This document shows, piece by piece, positions 48,738 through 61,393 of a stretch of 64,000 nt of DNA. The position numbers and the translations under genes are program-made. The notes under the pieces are model-generated. The model was not told the DNA's origin, did not search any database, and saw only the letters and a program-made list of their open reading frames with translations. This stretch comes from Gekko japonicus (taxonomy: Eukaryota), in NCBI RefSeq assembly GCF_001447785.1, contig NW_015162487.1, positions 875,255 to 939,254 on the forward strand, in the 5' to 3' direction. Position 1 is the stretch's first letter; every line of letters begins with the position of its first letter.

Positions 48738-49714
48738 CTATTTATGTGTTTTAGAACCTTACAGTGATTTGGCCTGAGCCCGCTTGCAGGGAGGGTGGAA
48801 TATAAATTGAATTAAACCAACCAACAAACAAACTCATGAAGCTGCCTTCTACGGAGTCAGAGCTTGGGTGTGCCAGGTTGTTTTGTCTACTCTGACCGGC
48901 AGCTGCTCTCCAAGGGATCAAGCAGGGGTCTTTGACATCACCTTCTCCCCGTGCTTCTTAAGTGGAGATGTTGGGAATTGAACCCAGGGCCTTCCACAGA
49001 TGCTCTGCCAATAAGAAATAAACCAGCTGTGCTATAAATACCATCCCTAGGATTGTAACAAGTCAGCCACGGAAAAGTTCCACTCATTCAAGATCGTGGG
49101 GGGGGGGGGGGGGGGGCTTTTTTTATATACTCGTGTCCATCTTCCTGCCCTCTATGTGCTTACTGGATTAATCCAAAAGTCGCTTCACAGTTTTAGCCAA
49201 GAATACACTGGCGTGATTCAAGCATTTCAAAGTCACAAGAAGACAGCTTTAAGAGACACATCAGTGAAATAAGCCAAAGAACAGATGGGAGCAGGAAATC
49301 TCTGGAACTGCAGGTCAGTAGCAGATCAACTGACAGACCAGATCCAAGAGACTAACAAACACGTCATGGTTAAATATCCCCCAAATGCCTCTTGACCAAA
49401 AGTATTTTAGGTTCAATTACTTAAAGGACAAATCTGACACCACTAGATGGCAGACAAACACGGGAGGACACAAACACTACATTCTTCACACCTTACACAG
49501 ACTGAAGTTCCACAGAACTACTCAGTTCAGCTCAACGTTGCATTGCCTGATTTCATGATGGGCAAATGTTTCTGCTCAATTCATCCAGAACAGTATTAAC
49601 CACCTCCACCAAGCCCGCCCGCAGAGGAATACTGGATTATCCAACACACTTATAGGCAGTTATGTGAGTTGGGTGCTCCCCCCACCAACTACTCCCAGAC
49701 GCGATGGTACTTAC

Positions 49715-49815
49715 CATTTTATTGTGCTCCTAAGATTAGGCTGGCTGACTGTGCTGTCGTCTATAAATATTGTTGAACATGAACTATACTTTTTTGTAAG
49801 CTGCCCTGGGGAAAC
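49715..49815 (-). CDS. CCNYL1: CCNYL1 exon 4 (101 bp; [33 protein letters not shown])
   Basis: tgtag/gtaagt boundaries; conserved KYSSCSTIF motif. Confidence 0.95.
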
Positions 49816-50759
49816 CTACAAGGACAAAACAAAAGGGCCAATATAAACTTTCAATGTATTTGATTTCGGGATTTATTGAGTAGTCTGGATATGCGCCCAA
49901 CACAGTATTACCCATAAGAACTACTGAACAAAGCAAAGAAACATCAAGGAGGGTCGCTTAAGCTAGTGTGTGAAACAATGCAGTGGGCAAGATTAAAAGA
50001 GAAGTCTATTGGAGTATGATGTGCCTACAGACATCCAGATTGGACTTCCAATTCCTAGACTCCAGCAAGGAAGTCACCAGACCCTTGGCCAGTCCCAAGT
50101 CTTGCTCCTGGACATATTTCTTTTAAACAATGACAGAGCGATCTGTAGAAAAGTAACAGTGGCTGTGTGAGGCAGCAGTCAGCCGGTACGAGGTCAAGTC
50201 TGGACACTAAGAAAGCCACTTCAAGCCAAGAGGAGAACAATGCCAGCGGCCACTGTGGCACAGCTCAAGCTTTTTACTCCAAGGCAGGGTGATCGAGACT
50301 GTATTTCCCCACTGTGCTTGGTTCTAAGGGAGGGGAAACAGGGCAGGTACACCCCCTCTCAGATAGGGATGCGGCAACACAGACCTAGGAGTCAGGGTTC
50401 CACGTTGAGCTACTGATTGCACAAAGCTAGTTGCATTTGTTTGTTTGATCCCAACTGCAAAAGCTTGCCTCAGACCGGTTCCAGACTCACTTCCACCCAG
50501 AGAAAGGTCTTGCTCTAGCTGCACACCTGCACTGTTGGAGAATGATATCACTTCCTTGTAGGAGAAAACAGCAAGAGTTCAGAAGCACCTTAAAGACTAA
50601 CCAAATTTGTGACAGATCTTCAGAGCTGAAGGGAGCAGTGACTTACGAAAGCTCATACCCTACCACAAATTTTGTTAAGTCTTTAAGGTGATACTGGACT
50701 CTGGCTCTTTTCTGCTGCTACAGACAGACCCATCTTGATCGTTTCCTTATTAACGATAT

Positions 50760-51099
50760 TAAGAGTGATTAACACATGGAATTCACTGCCACAGGAGGTG
50801 GTGGCGGCTACAAGCATGGACGGCTTCAAGAGAGGATTGGATAAACATGGAGCAGAGGTCCATCAGTGGCTATTAGCCACAAGGTATAGGTAGGAACTCT
50901 TAGTCTGGGGCAAGTGATGCTCTGTATTCTTGGTGCTTGGGGGGGGGGGGCAACAGTGGGAGGGCTTCTAGTGTCCTGGCCACACTGGTGGACCTTCTGA
51001 TGGCACCTGGTATTTTTGGCCACCATGTGACAGAGTGTTGGACTGGATGGGCCACTGGCCTGATCCAACATTGGCTTCTCTTATGTTCTTATGTTCTTA
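50760..51099 (+). mobile_element. CR1 LINE 3' end
   Basis: Inverse match to 31119-31450; (TTATGTTC)n tail. Confidence 0.88.
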
Positions 51100-51523
51100 C
51101 CTGCGCCTCTTTCTATAATGAAGGTGGATATACTTGGTCTGAGATATAGTACCAAGTATATCCACCAGAACACAAAAAGATCCGGTAACTCCCCTTTCAG
51201 TTTACAGTGGATGGTTAAAAAATACCAAGCAAAGATTCCATGCACCTTGAAAACTTAAAATGTTTACAAGGGGATTTAATCCGTGATTTCTCGTTGGAAG
51301 ACCTATCGCTTCCGCTGTCTTACGAGTGAAGCTCACAGCCTTCAAATCACATCTGGGAAAGCACTCGCATCCAGCAGGAAGCATGGGACTGTTCTCTTGT
51401 TAGGGCTGAGCAACCCAAGCCCCAGAGATTTTAAAGAGAGAAATTAAATTAAGTTGGAACACTGAAGCAAGAGGATGAAAACCCGACACTTAATGTGGAT
51501 GTTTTTTTTATAAAAAATTGACT

Positions 51524-51764
51524 AGAAGAAGAGGTTGGATTTATACCCCGTCCTTCACTCGGCGTCTCAGAGCTGCTTACTATCTCCTCCCCTTCCTCTC
51601 CCCACAACAGACACCCTGTGAGGTACGTGGGGCTGAGAGAGCTCTGAGAGAACTGTGACTGACCCAAAGTCACCAAGCTGGCTGCACGTGGAAGAGTGGG
51701 GAATCAAACCCAGTTCTCCAGATTAGAGTCCGCCGCTCTTAACCACTACACCAAACTGGCTCTC
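51524..51764 (-). mobile_element. Squam3-like SINE 37 bp downstream of CCNYL1 exon 3
   Basis: Reverse complement of the family head and tail. Confidence 0.8.
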
Positions 51765-51800
51765 CTAGGATTACTTGCATTTCTTTTGTCTGTTACTTAC

Positions 51801-51835
51801 GTGGTTGATGTGGTTACTTTTCCTCTTTTCTCTCA
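51801..51835 (-). CDS. CCNYL1: CCNYL1 exon 3 (35 bp; VREKRKSNHINH)
   Basis: tacag/gtaagt boundaries; phase continues from exon 2. Confidence 0.93.
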
Positions 51836-53573
51836 CTGTAAAAAGTGAAGAAAGAATTCAGTCAACTAATGTTTTAGTTTTCAAAATCTGAAATGCAGCA
51901 GGGCTTCCCCAAGTTTTGGGGAAAGCTGAAATATATGCAATACTTTCTTATCAAACCTAAATTTATGGTAACATAAAATGCATTCACAAATTGGCATATA
52001 AAATCCTACACTTTTATGGAATTTAAAAGCATAAATGCCTTAGTTCGCTACAAACAAATGTACAGATATGCTCAATACTTGAGAGAGAGATCTACAAACT
52101 GTGGCTCCCTGTGCTATCTTTGCATATATATCTTAATTTCTGCCATGTGAGAGGGGAGTACAATCCGGAGGGGGGAACGGGACACAACATCAACAACAAC
52201 AGCTTTTCTGCACTTCCCTCCTATCTCTACCCCAAGTATGAATTCAGACTGGTAAGAATACCGAGATGTACTTTATTCATTTGACAATCATTCAGCTCTA
52301 AGTCAAACCATTCCATGGCACATCAGCTCCATTTTTATTACTTTTGACTTTGTTCGGGGGTTTTTTGTGTGGCCACTCCTATATTACAAAAAGGGTCACT
52401 GAAATAAACAGACCAAAGCAGACATAGTTTTGTGACAACTGGAACAAGACTACAACAGCTCATCCTATGGACACGAACGTGAGCACTGATCTTTAGGAGT
52501 GCCAGCTGAAGTACCAGAGCTACTCTTATCAGACAGAAGACTGAGAGTTGGGAAGGAGTTAAAGGGGTTGGGAAATGGAGATAAATGCACAACATTTCTT
52601 GATGACGAGAGGAAGCATAGGATGAAGTTAGAGCTATCATCTCAAAGTTGGGGAGGGGCTGTGGCTCGGTGGCAGAGCATCGGCTTGGCTTGCAGAAGGT
52701 TCCAGATTCAGTCCCCGACACCTCCTGCGTGAGACCCTGGAACGCCTCTACCAGTCTGATGGGACAACACTGACCTCGATGGACAACTTTTAAGATACGC
52801 ATCAGTGAAATAAGCCAGAAACGGCGTTATCATCAGCCAGAGCCTCCAAAGTGTCTTGTAGGCTCAGCTGGGAAACGGCAGTGATGTCCAGCATGGTCCG
52901 TCCTCCCCTTTACCCAGGCAAGGGGTTGCCTTATTCCCTTCCCGGGCTCAGGGTTCTGTGGTTCCAAGGCAGGGGCCCACGGTCTGGTTGTGGATGTGTG
53001 CTCCTTTTCCCACTTAGAAATGACATGAACTGGAATCCCGAATCTCACGCTGCAAACCAGAGTGCTGCAAAGGCTCTGGCCGATTCAGTGTAAGGTAGCC
53101 TCACGTGTGTGTAACTCGACATGAACAATGGGCGACAAGGTCTATTAGTAATTTCATCGGGTGGCGTTTGGGACATGTGATAATGCAAGGAATGCAGGAA
53201 ATCTTAAACCGGTAGGAGCCACCAAAGGCGGACCTTTCAGGAGCTGTGCCATCTACATCTACTGAGCTTCAAGCTGCACAGGAAACGTAAGTGCTTGCCA
53301 GGAAAAACCTCTTCAGTAGACCCCCCACCCTGAGCCAGTCATAAGATAACCATTTCCTACTGACAGGCAAACTCCCAAATACGGAGCGCAAATCCTAGTC
53401 ATTTATCACAAAGTTAATGAGAAAAATGCCTGGGACAAAAGATGCTTCGACAGAAGGGGAAGGAATGGAAGATGCAGATAAATATTAAACGGCAGATACT
53501 CATTCTGACCGGCTTTCTCCAACCCTGGTCCGTTTGGGGTTTTGTTTTTTTAAATGAGCAAAAATTAGCTTAC

Positions 53574-53648
53574 CATCTGTTTGGGATTTGCTCAAGAAAA
53601 TTGTGCTTGCCCGAGGATGGTCAGATGGATTCGACTCCAATGCTAAAT
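53574..53648 (-). CDS. CCNYL1: Cyclin-Y-like 1, coding exon 2 (75 bp; [25 protein letters not shown])
   Basis: ttttcag acceptor and gtaag donor on minus strand; peptide matches CCNYL1 rather than CCNY. Exon 1 is not in the window. Confidence 0.95.
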
Positions 53649-55574
53649 CTGAAAATGGAAAACAGGGAAAGACGTTATTCCCCCAACCTGAGTTTGTTTT
53701 GTGAAACAGCAAGTGCAGGACGTAGAAACAGCCAACCTACCACGGTCATTTTGAACTAGCTCCTAGACAGGGTTGCTAACCTCCAGGTGGGGCCTGGAGT
53801 TCTGAGATTACAACCAATCTCCAGTCTGCAGAGACCAGGTTCCCCAGAGAAAACGGCAGCTCTGGAGGATGGATTCCATGGTGTCACATCTGCTGAGCTC
53901 CCCACTCTCTGCAAACCCCACCCCCAGATCTCCAGGAATTTTCCAACCCAGAGTTGGCAACCCTTTTCCTAGATGACCACACCAGAGGCTTACTCGTGGT
54001 CAGTGACAAACAAATTCCTCTCTGCTGGATTGAGAGTGGGTATGGCTAACATATTTTTCTCCCTAAGTCAGAGAAGAGCCTTTGGTCCCTATTTGAAAAC
54101 ATGGACTTCCAAGTCCACTACCAAGAGTGAGATGAAGCTTGAACAGCATTCCCCTGACCCCTTCCTTAACCCCAGAAGTAGGTTATGATGAGAAGGCCGC
54201 ACGTGAGACTTCTCTGCAGGGCTTCCATTTCTCTTCGGGACCCGGGAAGCTGAAATGGCAGCATTCCAGGTACTTCAGCAATGCCTGCTCCAGTCCCAGT
54301 CATGTGGATCTGACTTATCACCGCAGAAATGGAAACTGGGAACACTCCAGGGGTGAGCACTCGGAACGCTGATGTCTCATCGGATTTTGGCCCCATGCTT
54401 TCTAAATCCTACAGTGACATCTCTTATTCACACCCCCAATTAAGTTTCAACAGCCCTGACCTAGATGGCCCCGGCCAGCCTGATCTCGTCAGATCTTGGA
54501 AGCTAAGCAGGGGCAGCCCGGGTTAGTATTTGGATAGGAAATCACCAAGGAATGCCAGGGCCACAATGCAGAGGTAAGTGATGGCAAACCACCTCTGTTC
54601 GTCTCTTGCCTTGAAAAGCCAGCTGCAACTTGACAGCACTTTGTATACATGCATAAGTTTCAAGAGCTCTTTGAACAGCATTAGATGACTCTGATTTGGG
54701 TAGCTGTAGCAGATGCATCACTTCAAACACACAGCATATACAAGAACGACATTAGGCCGCAAACAAATTCAGCAATGAAGCTTCAGTTTGGTTTTCCATC
54801 ATGAGGTTGGGTGTGTGTGCAGATAGCTTTATCTACAAGACTGGTTTAATGTCTACAGAACCCCCAAATATTGCAAAGAACTGTTAAAAAAGCAAACACT
54901 ACCTAATTCTGAGCAGGAACGGAAACCTTCCAACACGGTAACTTCAGTCAGGTCTCAGACTAAATATATATATCTGAATCATGCTATCCTTGTACAATGT
55001 ACCTTAGCTTTTGGCATGCTGTAAACAGACGGTGCTGTGCAATTCACAGAATTGAGACAAATAAATAAATGGCATCACAGCTTTTCTACACTAGGAGATC
55101 ATTTCAGGTCAGGATTGCTACTTTATCCCTTTATTAATTTTGTAATGAACATGTTACAACACAGCATCATTATCCTTGCTCATATGTCCCATCCCAATCC
55201 ATTCTCAGATGCCCGGCTATGCAACAAAGCCACAAATGGAATCAGTCCCGCTGGTTAGCGATGCTATGAAGAAACAGGGAAAAACAGAACGTGAAGAGAC
55301 AGAAAGGAGAGGTGGACAAGAAAGCGGGATGGAACGAAACCATTTCCCCAAAACACTTAACAGAGAGTGGGGGGTGGTGGTACATTCTTTCCAAGGTTTG
55401 AGTTCTCATTCTGCACAGCTACACATTTTCAATAAGTGGTTTCTGCTTAAACTCTTCATGAGATTTAAAAGAAACACTGCAAAGAGAGGATGAGACACAA
55501 GCAAAGTGTGTGCGAGAGAGACAGAAGAACATCATACTCAAAGAGCTGATGACATCAAAGAACTGATGACTACA

Positions 55575-56590
55575 TAAGACCCTAAGAACATAAGAGAAGC
55601 CAATGTTGGATCAGGCCAATGGCCCGTCCAGTCCAACACTCTGTCACAGTGGTCAAAAATACCAGGTGCCATCAGGAGGTCCAGCAATGGGGCCAGGACA
55701 CTAGAAGCCCTCCCACTGTTGCCCCCCCCAAGCACCAAGAATACAGGGCATCACTGCCCCAGACCGAGAGTTCCTATCTATACCTTGTGGCCAATAGCCA
55801 CTGATGGACCTCTGCTCCATATTTTTATCTAATTCCCTCTTGAAGATGTCCATGCTTGTGGCCGCCACCACCTCCTGTGGCAGTGAATTCCATGTGTTAA
55901 TCACCCTTTGGGTGAAGAAGTACGTCATTTTATCCGTTCTAACCCGACTGCTCAGCAATTGCATTGAGTGCCCACGAGTTCTTGTATTGTGAGAAAGGGA
56001 GAAAAGTACCACTTTCTCTGCCTGCTCTATCCCATGCATAATCTTGTAAGCCTCAATCATGTCACCCCTCAGTTGTCATTTCTCCAAGCTAAAGAACCCC
56101 AAGCACTTCAACCTTTCTTCACAGGGAAAGTGTTCCAACCCTCTTATCATTCGAGTTGCCCTTTTCTGCACTTTTTCCAATGCACACCTCTCTGAGGTGT
56201 GGTGACCAGAACTGCACACAGTATTCCAAATGAGGTCGCACCATCGATTTATACAGGGGTATTATGATACTGGCTGATTTGTTTTCAATTCCCTGCCTAA
56301 TAATCCCCAGCGTAGTGTTGGCCTTTTTTATTGCAGTCGCATACTGCCTCACCATTTTCATTGAGTTATCTACTACGACTCCAAGATCTCTCTCTTGGTT
56401 GGTCTCTGCCAGTTCGTACCCCATCAATGTGTATTTATAGTTAGGACTTTTGGCCCCACTTTGCACTTGGCCACACTGAACCCCATTTGCCACGTTGACT
56501 CCCACTTGCCCATTCTTGACAGATGCCTTTGGAGTGCCTCACAAGCCTCCCTTGTTCTCACCACCCTGAACAATTTCGTGTCGTCTGCAA
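55575..56590 (-). mobile_element. CR1 LINE 3' fragment (~1 kb, frameshifted)
   Basis: FADDTKLF RT motif, [28 protein letters not shown] spread across frames. Confidence 0.92.
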
Positions 56591-57992
56591 ATACCTCTTT
56601 TGGCACAATAGCCTATGGTACGGGTGGGCCAGCCAACAGATTGAGACACAGATGGCCTAGACACACCAAAGTTTGCAGATCTTCCTATGGAAAGTCCCAG
56701 CCTCTCCTCTTGCAGCTCGGCTCTTCACACTCATGTCAATAGACCAAACAATTGGGTTAGAAAAAAGCTGCTTAAGTACCCCAGTGTGTGCCAGAAACAC
56801 ATTATTTCATGTGGGGCTTTACCTGTAATGCAATTGCCCCCACACTGGAAACAACTAGCCTATACCATGGAGATGAAAAGTGGAAAATTTTCAGATGCTA
56901 TGTTTTTCCGTGGAAAAAATTATTCCCCCCCCACAAATACATCAAGATGGGTAGCTGTGTTTGTTTGTAGCGGTAGAAAAGAGCAAGATTCCAGTAGCAC
57001 CTTAGACTAACAAAAATTGTGACAGGGTAGGAGGTTTTGTGAGTCACAGTCTTTAAGGTGCTACTGGACTCTTGCTCTTTTCTACCACCCCACATACGTA
57101 AATATAGTCTGCTTATCTATAGTTGTCCGGGCTGTTGTACTACACATCAATCATGCTACAGATGGGCTAACTGAGGGATATGACGCATGGCCAAAACCCC
57201 CAGTGCTTGTATGCAGTTCCTTTTCTTCCTTTTGTTAGCATTTCAATTTTCATGCAGAAACTCAGAGACCAATATTCACGGAAAACCCACATTGGTGGCA
57301 GACCCACAGGAGACTGAGGTAGCAATTTTAAAGGCAGACTTAGACGCTGAGAAGAAACATGCCCTGGAAAGCAATGACATTCCGGAGTTCAGAAACGCAG
57401 CCGGAGTTTCTGCCAAGGAGGGATTTACACTGCAGACATACTGGGATGCTTGGAGACTGCCAAAAAAAGGCTCCTGTTACAAGAAAACAGCTCCCCACTC
57501 CAGGAAACACCTCAACACATTCATATGGTGATCCAAGTAGAATGGTGAACCCCACATACAGCAGTCCCATTGGCAACTGTATGAATGAAATCGCTTCATT
57601 TGTCCTCATAACATACATTCTAAAGTTGGTATAAGATTTTGAAAGCTACTTATTTACAGTCACAACCTGACTGAATTATTACAGTGAAGTGAGTTTCCTG
57701 AAAAAGTCAGAATGGGGTTGGGGGGAGAATGCAGGAAGCTGATGAGTGTGATCTGGTTTATTTTGTGTGATCGTATTTATTTTGACTTGGCAGACTAGTT
57801 TTAAAAGCATCTTATTAATTTTTGCCCTGGCCTGGATGGCCCGGGCTAGCTCGAGCTCGTCAGATCTTCGAAACTAAGTAGAGTTGGCCCTGGTTAGTAT
57901 TTGGATGGGAGACCACCAAGGCTGCTAAGCAGAGGAGGAAGCCAACGGCCAATCACCACTGATTATCACTTGCCTTGAAATCCCGACAGAGG

Positions 57993-58351
57993 AGGGATGG
58001 GCATGGACCGGACCACAGACCTAATATGTTTCCTTTAAATGGCCCAAAACATGCCATCCTGCTGGCACAGACCTCCCATGAGGTTGGTAAGGTCTGTGTC
58101 AGCGGGGCTTGCAAAAGCCATTTAAAGGAAACATGTTTCCTTTAAATGGTTTTTGCGAAGCCACACAGCGCGTGAGTGAAGGCCGAATGGAGACTCTGGA
58201 AGGGAACCAGAACGCATTTCCTTTAAATGCCTTTGCCAGCCGTGCAGCGTCACAGATTAAATGGACCATGACCTGGTATGTTAAACATGGAAGTAAACTC
58301 CATGGACCTCAAACTTCTGTGGTCCTTTTTTTCTGGACCAGGCTCATCCCT
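57993..58351. mobile_element. TIR element splitting a 5S-derived SINE
   Basis: Ends AGGGATGGGC...GCTCATCCCT; internal TTTCCTTTAAATG repeats; TSD not discernible. Confidence 0.55.
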
Positions 58352-59119
58352 AGTCGCTATAAATTGGCTGTGACTTGACAGCAAAAACAACCAACCCCCC
58401 CCCCAAAATTATGTCCAAACAGCAACAAATCCTTTAAAAGCAAAAAAAAAAAAATCAAGTGTGGTTTAAATGTCACTGATCAAGATGGGTAGCCATGTTG
58501 GTCTGTCTGTAGCAGTAGAAAAGAGCAAGAGTCTGGTAGCACCTTAAAGACTAACAAAATATGTGGTAGGGTATGAACTTTTGCTCTTTTTCAAATGCCA
58601 CAGTCAAACAAGGTTCAAAGCTTCATATGGAAATTTATTTTTATTGGAATACTTACATTAGGTTTACCAAAAAAAGGGCACCAAAACTGTAGACAGCAGT
58701 TTTAACACAGCCAAAGAACTGTGTGTGATATGTCACTGACAGGACTGACCATTCATCCATGTAAACAGAATTTAACTCTTGTCCCTGGAGTTCATGAGGG
58801 CACCTCATCACTTGTCAGTTCCATATCAGACTGATGATTACAATATCCTTTGGCCCATAGGAGGAGACATAAGCATTTTAGTTTTGATTTGCACTGCATA
58901 GCTAATCAGGTGAATTTGTTGCTTCTTTTAAAAAATGAATTATTATATGTATTTGCAGTTTTATTCCTCTCCTTCCCAGTTTACAAATCAGTAAAACATA
59001 CATCTCACACATAATTCCTGGGACAGCTAGATCTGAGTCCAGTGGCACCTTAAAGACCAAACAAGATTTTTTTGGGGGGGGGAGGCATAAACTTCTGAGA
59101 GTCAAAGCTCCCTTCATCA

Positions 59120-59388
59120 GAGAGCCAGTTTGGTGTAGTGGTTAAGTGCGCGGACTCTAATTTGGGAGAACCAGGTTTGATTCCCCACTCCTCCTCTTGC
59201 AGCCGCTGGATGACCTTGGGCAAGCCATAGTTCTGACAAGAGCTGTTTTCTTAAGAGCAGTTCTCTCAGAGCTCTCTCGGCCCCACCTACCCCACAGGGT
59301 GTCTGTTGTGAGGAGGAGAAGGGAAAGGAGTTTGTAAGCCACTCTGAGACTCCGAGTAAAGGGCAGAGTATAAATCCAATCTCTTCCA
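59120..59388 (+). mobile_element. Squam3-like SINE inserted in a Penelope-like element
   Basis: Full head to tail; flanks continue the Penelope-like sequence. Confidence 0.8.
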
Positions 59389-60679
59389 TCCTCCGTTGTA
59401 CTGCAAATCAACACGACTACCCTCTGAAACTATAACTCCTAATTCACAACTATGAAACAGCCAAGCTTACCTAATATTGTACTTGCAAAGGCACCCGTTG
59501 ATTGCTAATTTTACGACTCAATGAAGCTTTGGAGATGGAAAATATTATGCCCCACATCCGTCGTGGATCAACTGAGCATGCAGAGATCTACTTGTCACCA
59601 TCACCATACTTTTCACCTTGGAAGAAGATTGTTGGTGGAAGAGGGAAAGCAGCAAAGAGGGGGAAGGGATGCACACTCTGCACAAGTTTCTTGCAGGGCC
59701 CCGCTTGTCCTTTCTATTTTCTCAGATCCAAAGGACAAATAAAACCCCTTCCTCTGCAATCTACACCCCTCCTTTGGGATGACTTAGGGTGTTACCTCGG
59801 AAAGCATCCGTTCCTTCGACACTCCTGTATCAAAATCTTGTGCTATTTACAACAATGGCCAATACAGAATTTCCTGCTTACAAACCAACTACAATGCTGC
59901 TTTCAGAGAGGCCAATATGATAAGCTCTGTGCTTACAGTGACCTTCTGACCTTCCCAGAGCAGCTGAACATAACCCTTCTCTTGCTGCCCAAAGGTCTGT
60001 GGCTTTCAGATTATGAGAGCTGCGATAAGCCCAGCAAACTAGGATCTGCTCCCCCCCCCCTCCGGTTCTTCCTCCCTCTTTCATTTTTAAAAAAAATACA
60101 GTGGGAGCATGGCTGTTGCAGCATAACTTGTATCAAGGAAAAAAGTCTTCATCCAGAGGCAACTTTAAAACCAACGAAGTTTTATTCTGGGCAGAAACTC
60201 TCGTGTGTATGCACTCTTCTTCAGATGTGCACAAAGCTTACACCCAGAGTAAAACTTTGTTGGTCTTAAAAGGTGCCACTGGATTCAAACTTTGTTTTGC
60301 TGCTTCAGACCAACATGGCTACCCACTCGAATGAAGGAAAACGTCCCTGGTAGGTCACACCTTACCAGAGGAAGACCTACATTTACTCTCGCTTACGACC
60401 ATACAAACCTGACAGTTATGGCCACCCTCTGAGGCTCAGCTTCAGGTGCCCCCGTATCTGAGGTTAGACGGGTGGCAACCAGAGTTGGGGCCTTCTTTGT
60501 TGTGGCACCAAAATTATGGGACTCCTTTTCCGGGAAGATTGGTCTGTCCCTTTCCATCTCTGTTTCCTGCCAGCAGGTGAAGACTTATTTGGTCTGACAT
60601 TCCTTCAGTGATCCCTCCATGCCTTACATTTTAATCCTGCTGTACGCTGCTTCATATATGTATTTTTAAAAAGTAAATG

Positions 60680-61007
60680 TAACTGTTTCCCTTGCTCGAA
60701 AGCCAGTTGAATCCAACTCTAGGGGGCGGTGCTCATCTCCGTTTCCAAGCCAAAGAGCCAGCACTGTCCAAAGACATTTCCATGGTCATGTGGCTGGCAT
60801 GACTAGACGCTGAGGCACACAGAACGCTGTTACCTTACCGCCGAAGCGGTGCCTCTTTACCTACTTGCAAGTTCTTGCTTTCGAACTGCTAGGTTGGCAT
60901 GAACTGGGGCCAGAGACGGGAACTCACTCCGTCATGCGGCACTCGGGTCTCGAACAGCTGAATTGCCGACCTTCCGGCCTGCAGCTCAGCATCTTAACCT
61001 CTGAGCT
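60680..61007 (-). mobile_element. Sauria SINE
   Basis: Reverse complement of the element at 13484-13827. Confidence 0.82.
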
Positions 61008-61119
61008 GTTTTTAAATTGGTTTTATTTATTTTATTCCCATTATTGACAGTCCGCCTTTCTCATCGAGGCTCAAGGCGGAACACGCGATGTAAGGCAGTG
61101 GAATCAATAGAATAAGACA

Positions 61120-61393
61120 CCTGAGAAGTGAAGCAGGATTACAAAAGCCTGAAAACAAAGCATATTAGACAGAGTACATTAACACTGCCAATAAGCGGGA
61201 AATGTATTTCTATTCTGCTCTTGGTGGCCCCAGCTGGACAGAAAGGCAGGACATAAATATTGTTCACCCTGAGAAGTGAAGCAGGATTACAAAAGCCTGA
61301 AAACAAAGCACATTAGACACAGTACGTTAACACGGCCAATAAGCGGGGGATGGCCCTGGCTGGGCAGAAAGGCAGGACATAAATATTGTTCAC
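61120..61393. repeat. Tandem duplication (148-bp and 126-bp units)
   Basis: CCTGAGAAGTGAAGCAGGATTACAAAAGCCTGAAAACAAAGCA occurs twice; the second unit has a ~22-bp deletion. Confidence 0.92.

Noticed and set aside
49097-49116. Long poly-G run as a functional G-quadruplex
   Set aside because: G/C homopolymers are scattered across the whole window with no positional pattern.
59502-60269. 255-aa ORF antisense to CCNYL1 intron 1
   Set aside because: Non-ATG start, no recognisable homology, ends in a Penelope-like repeat.
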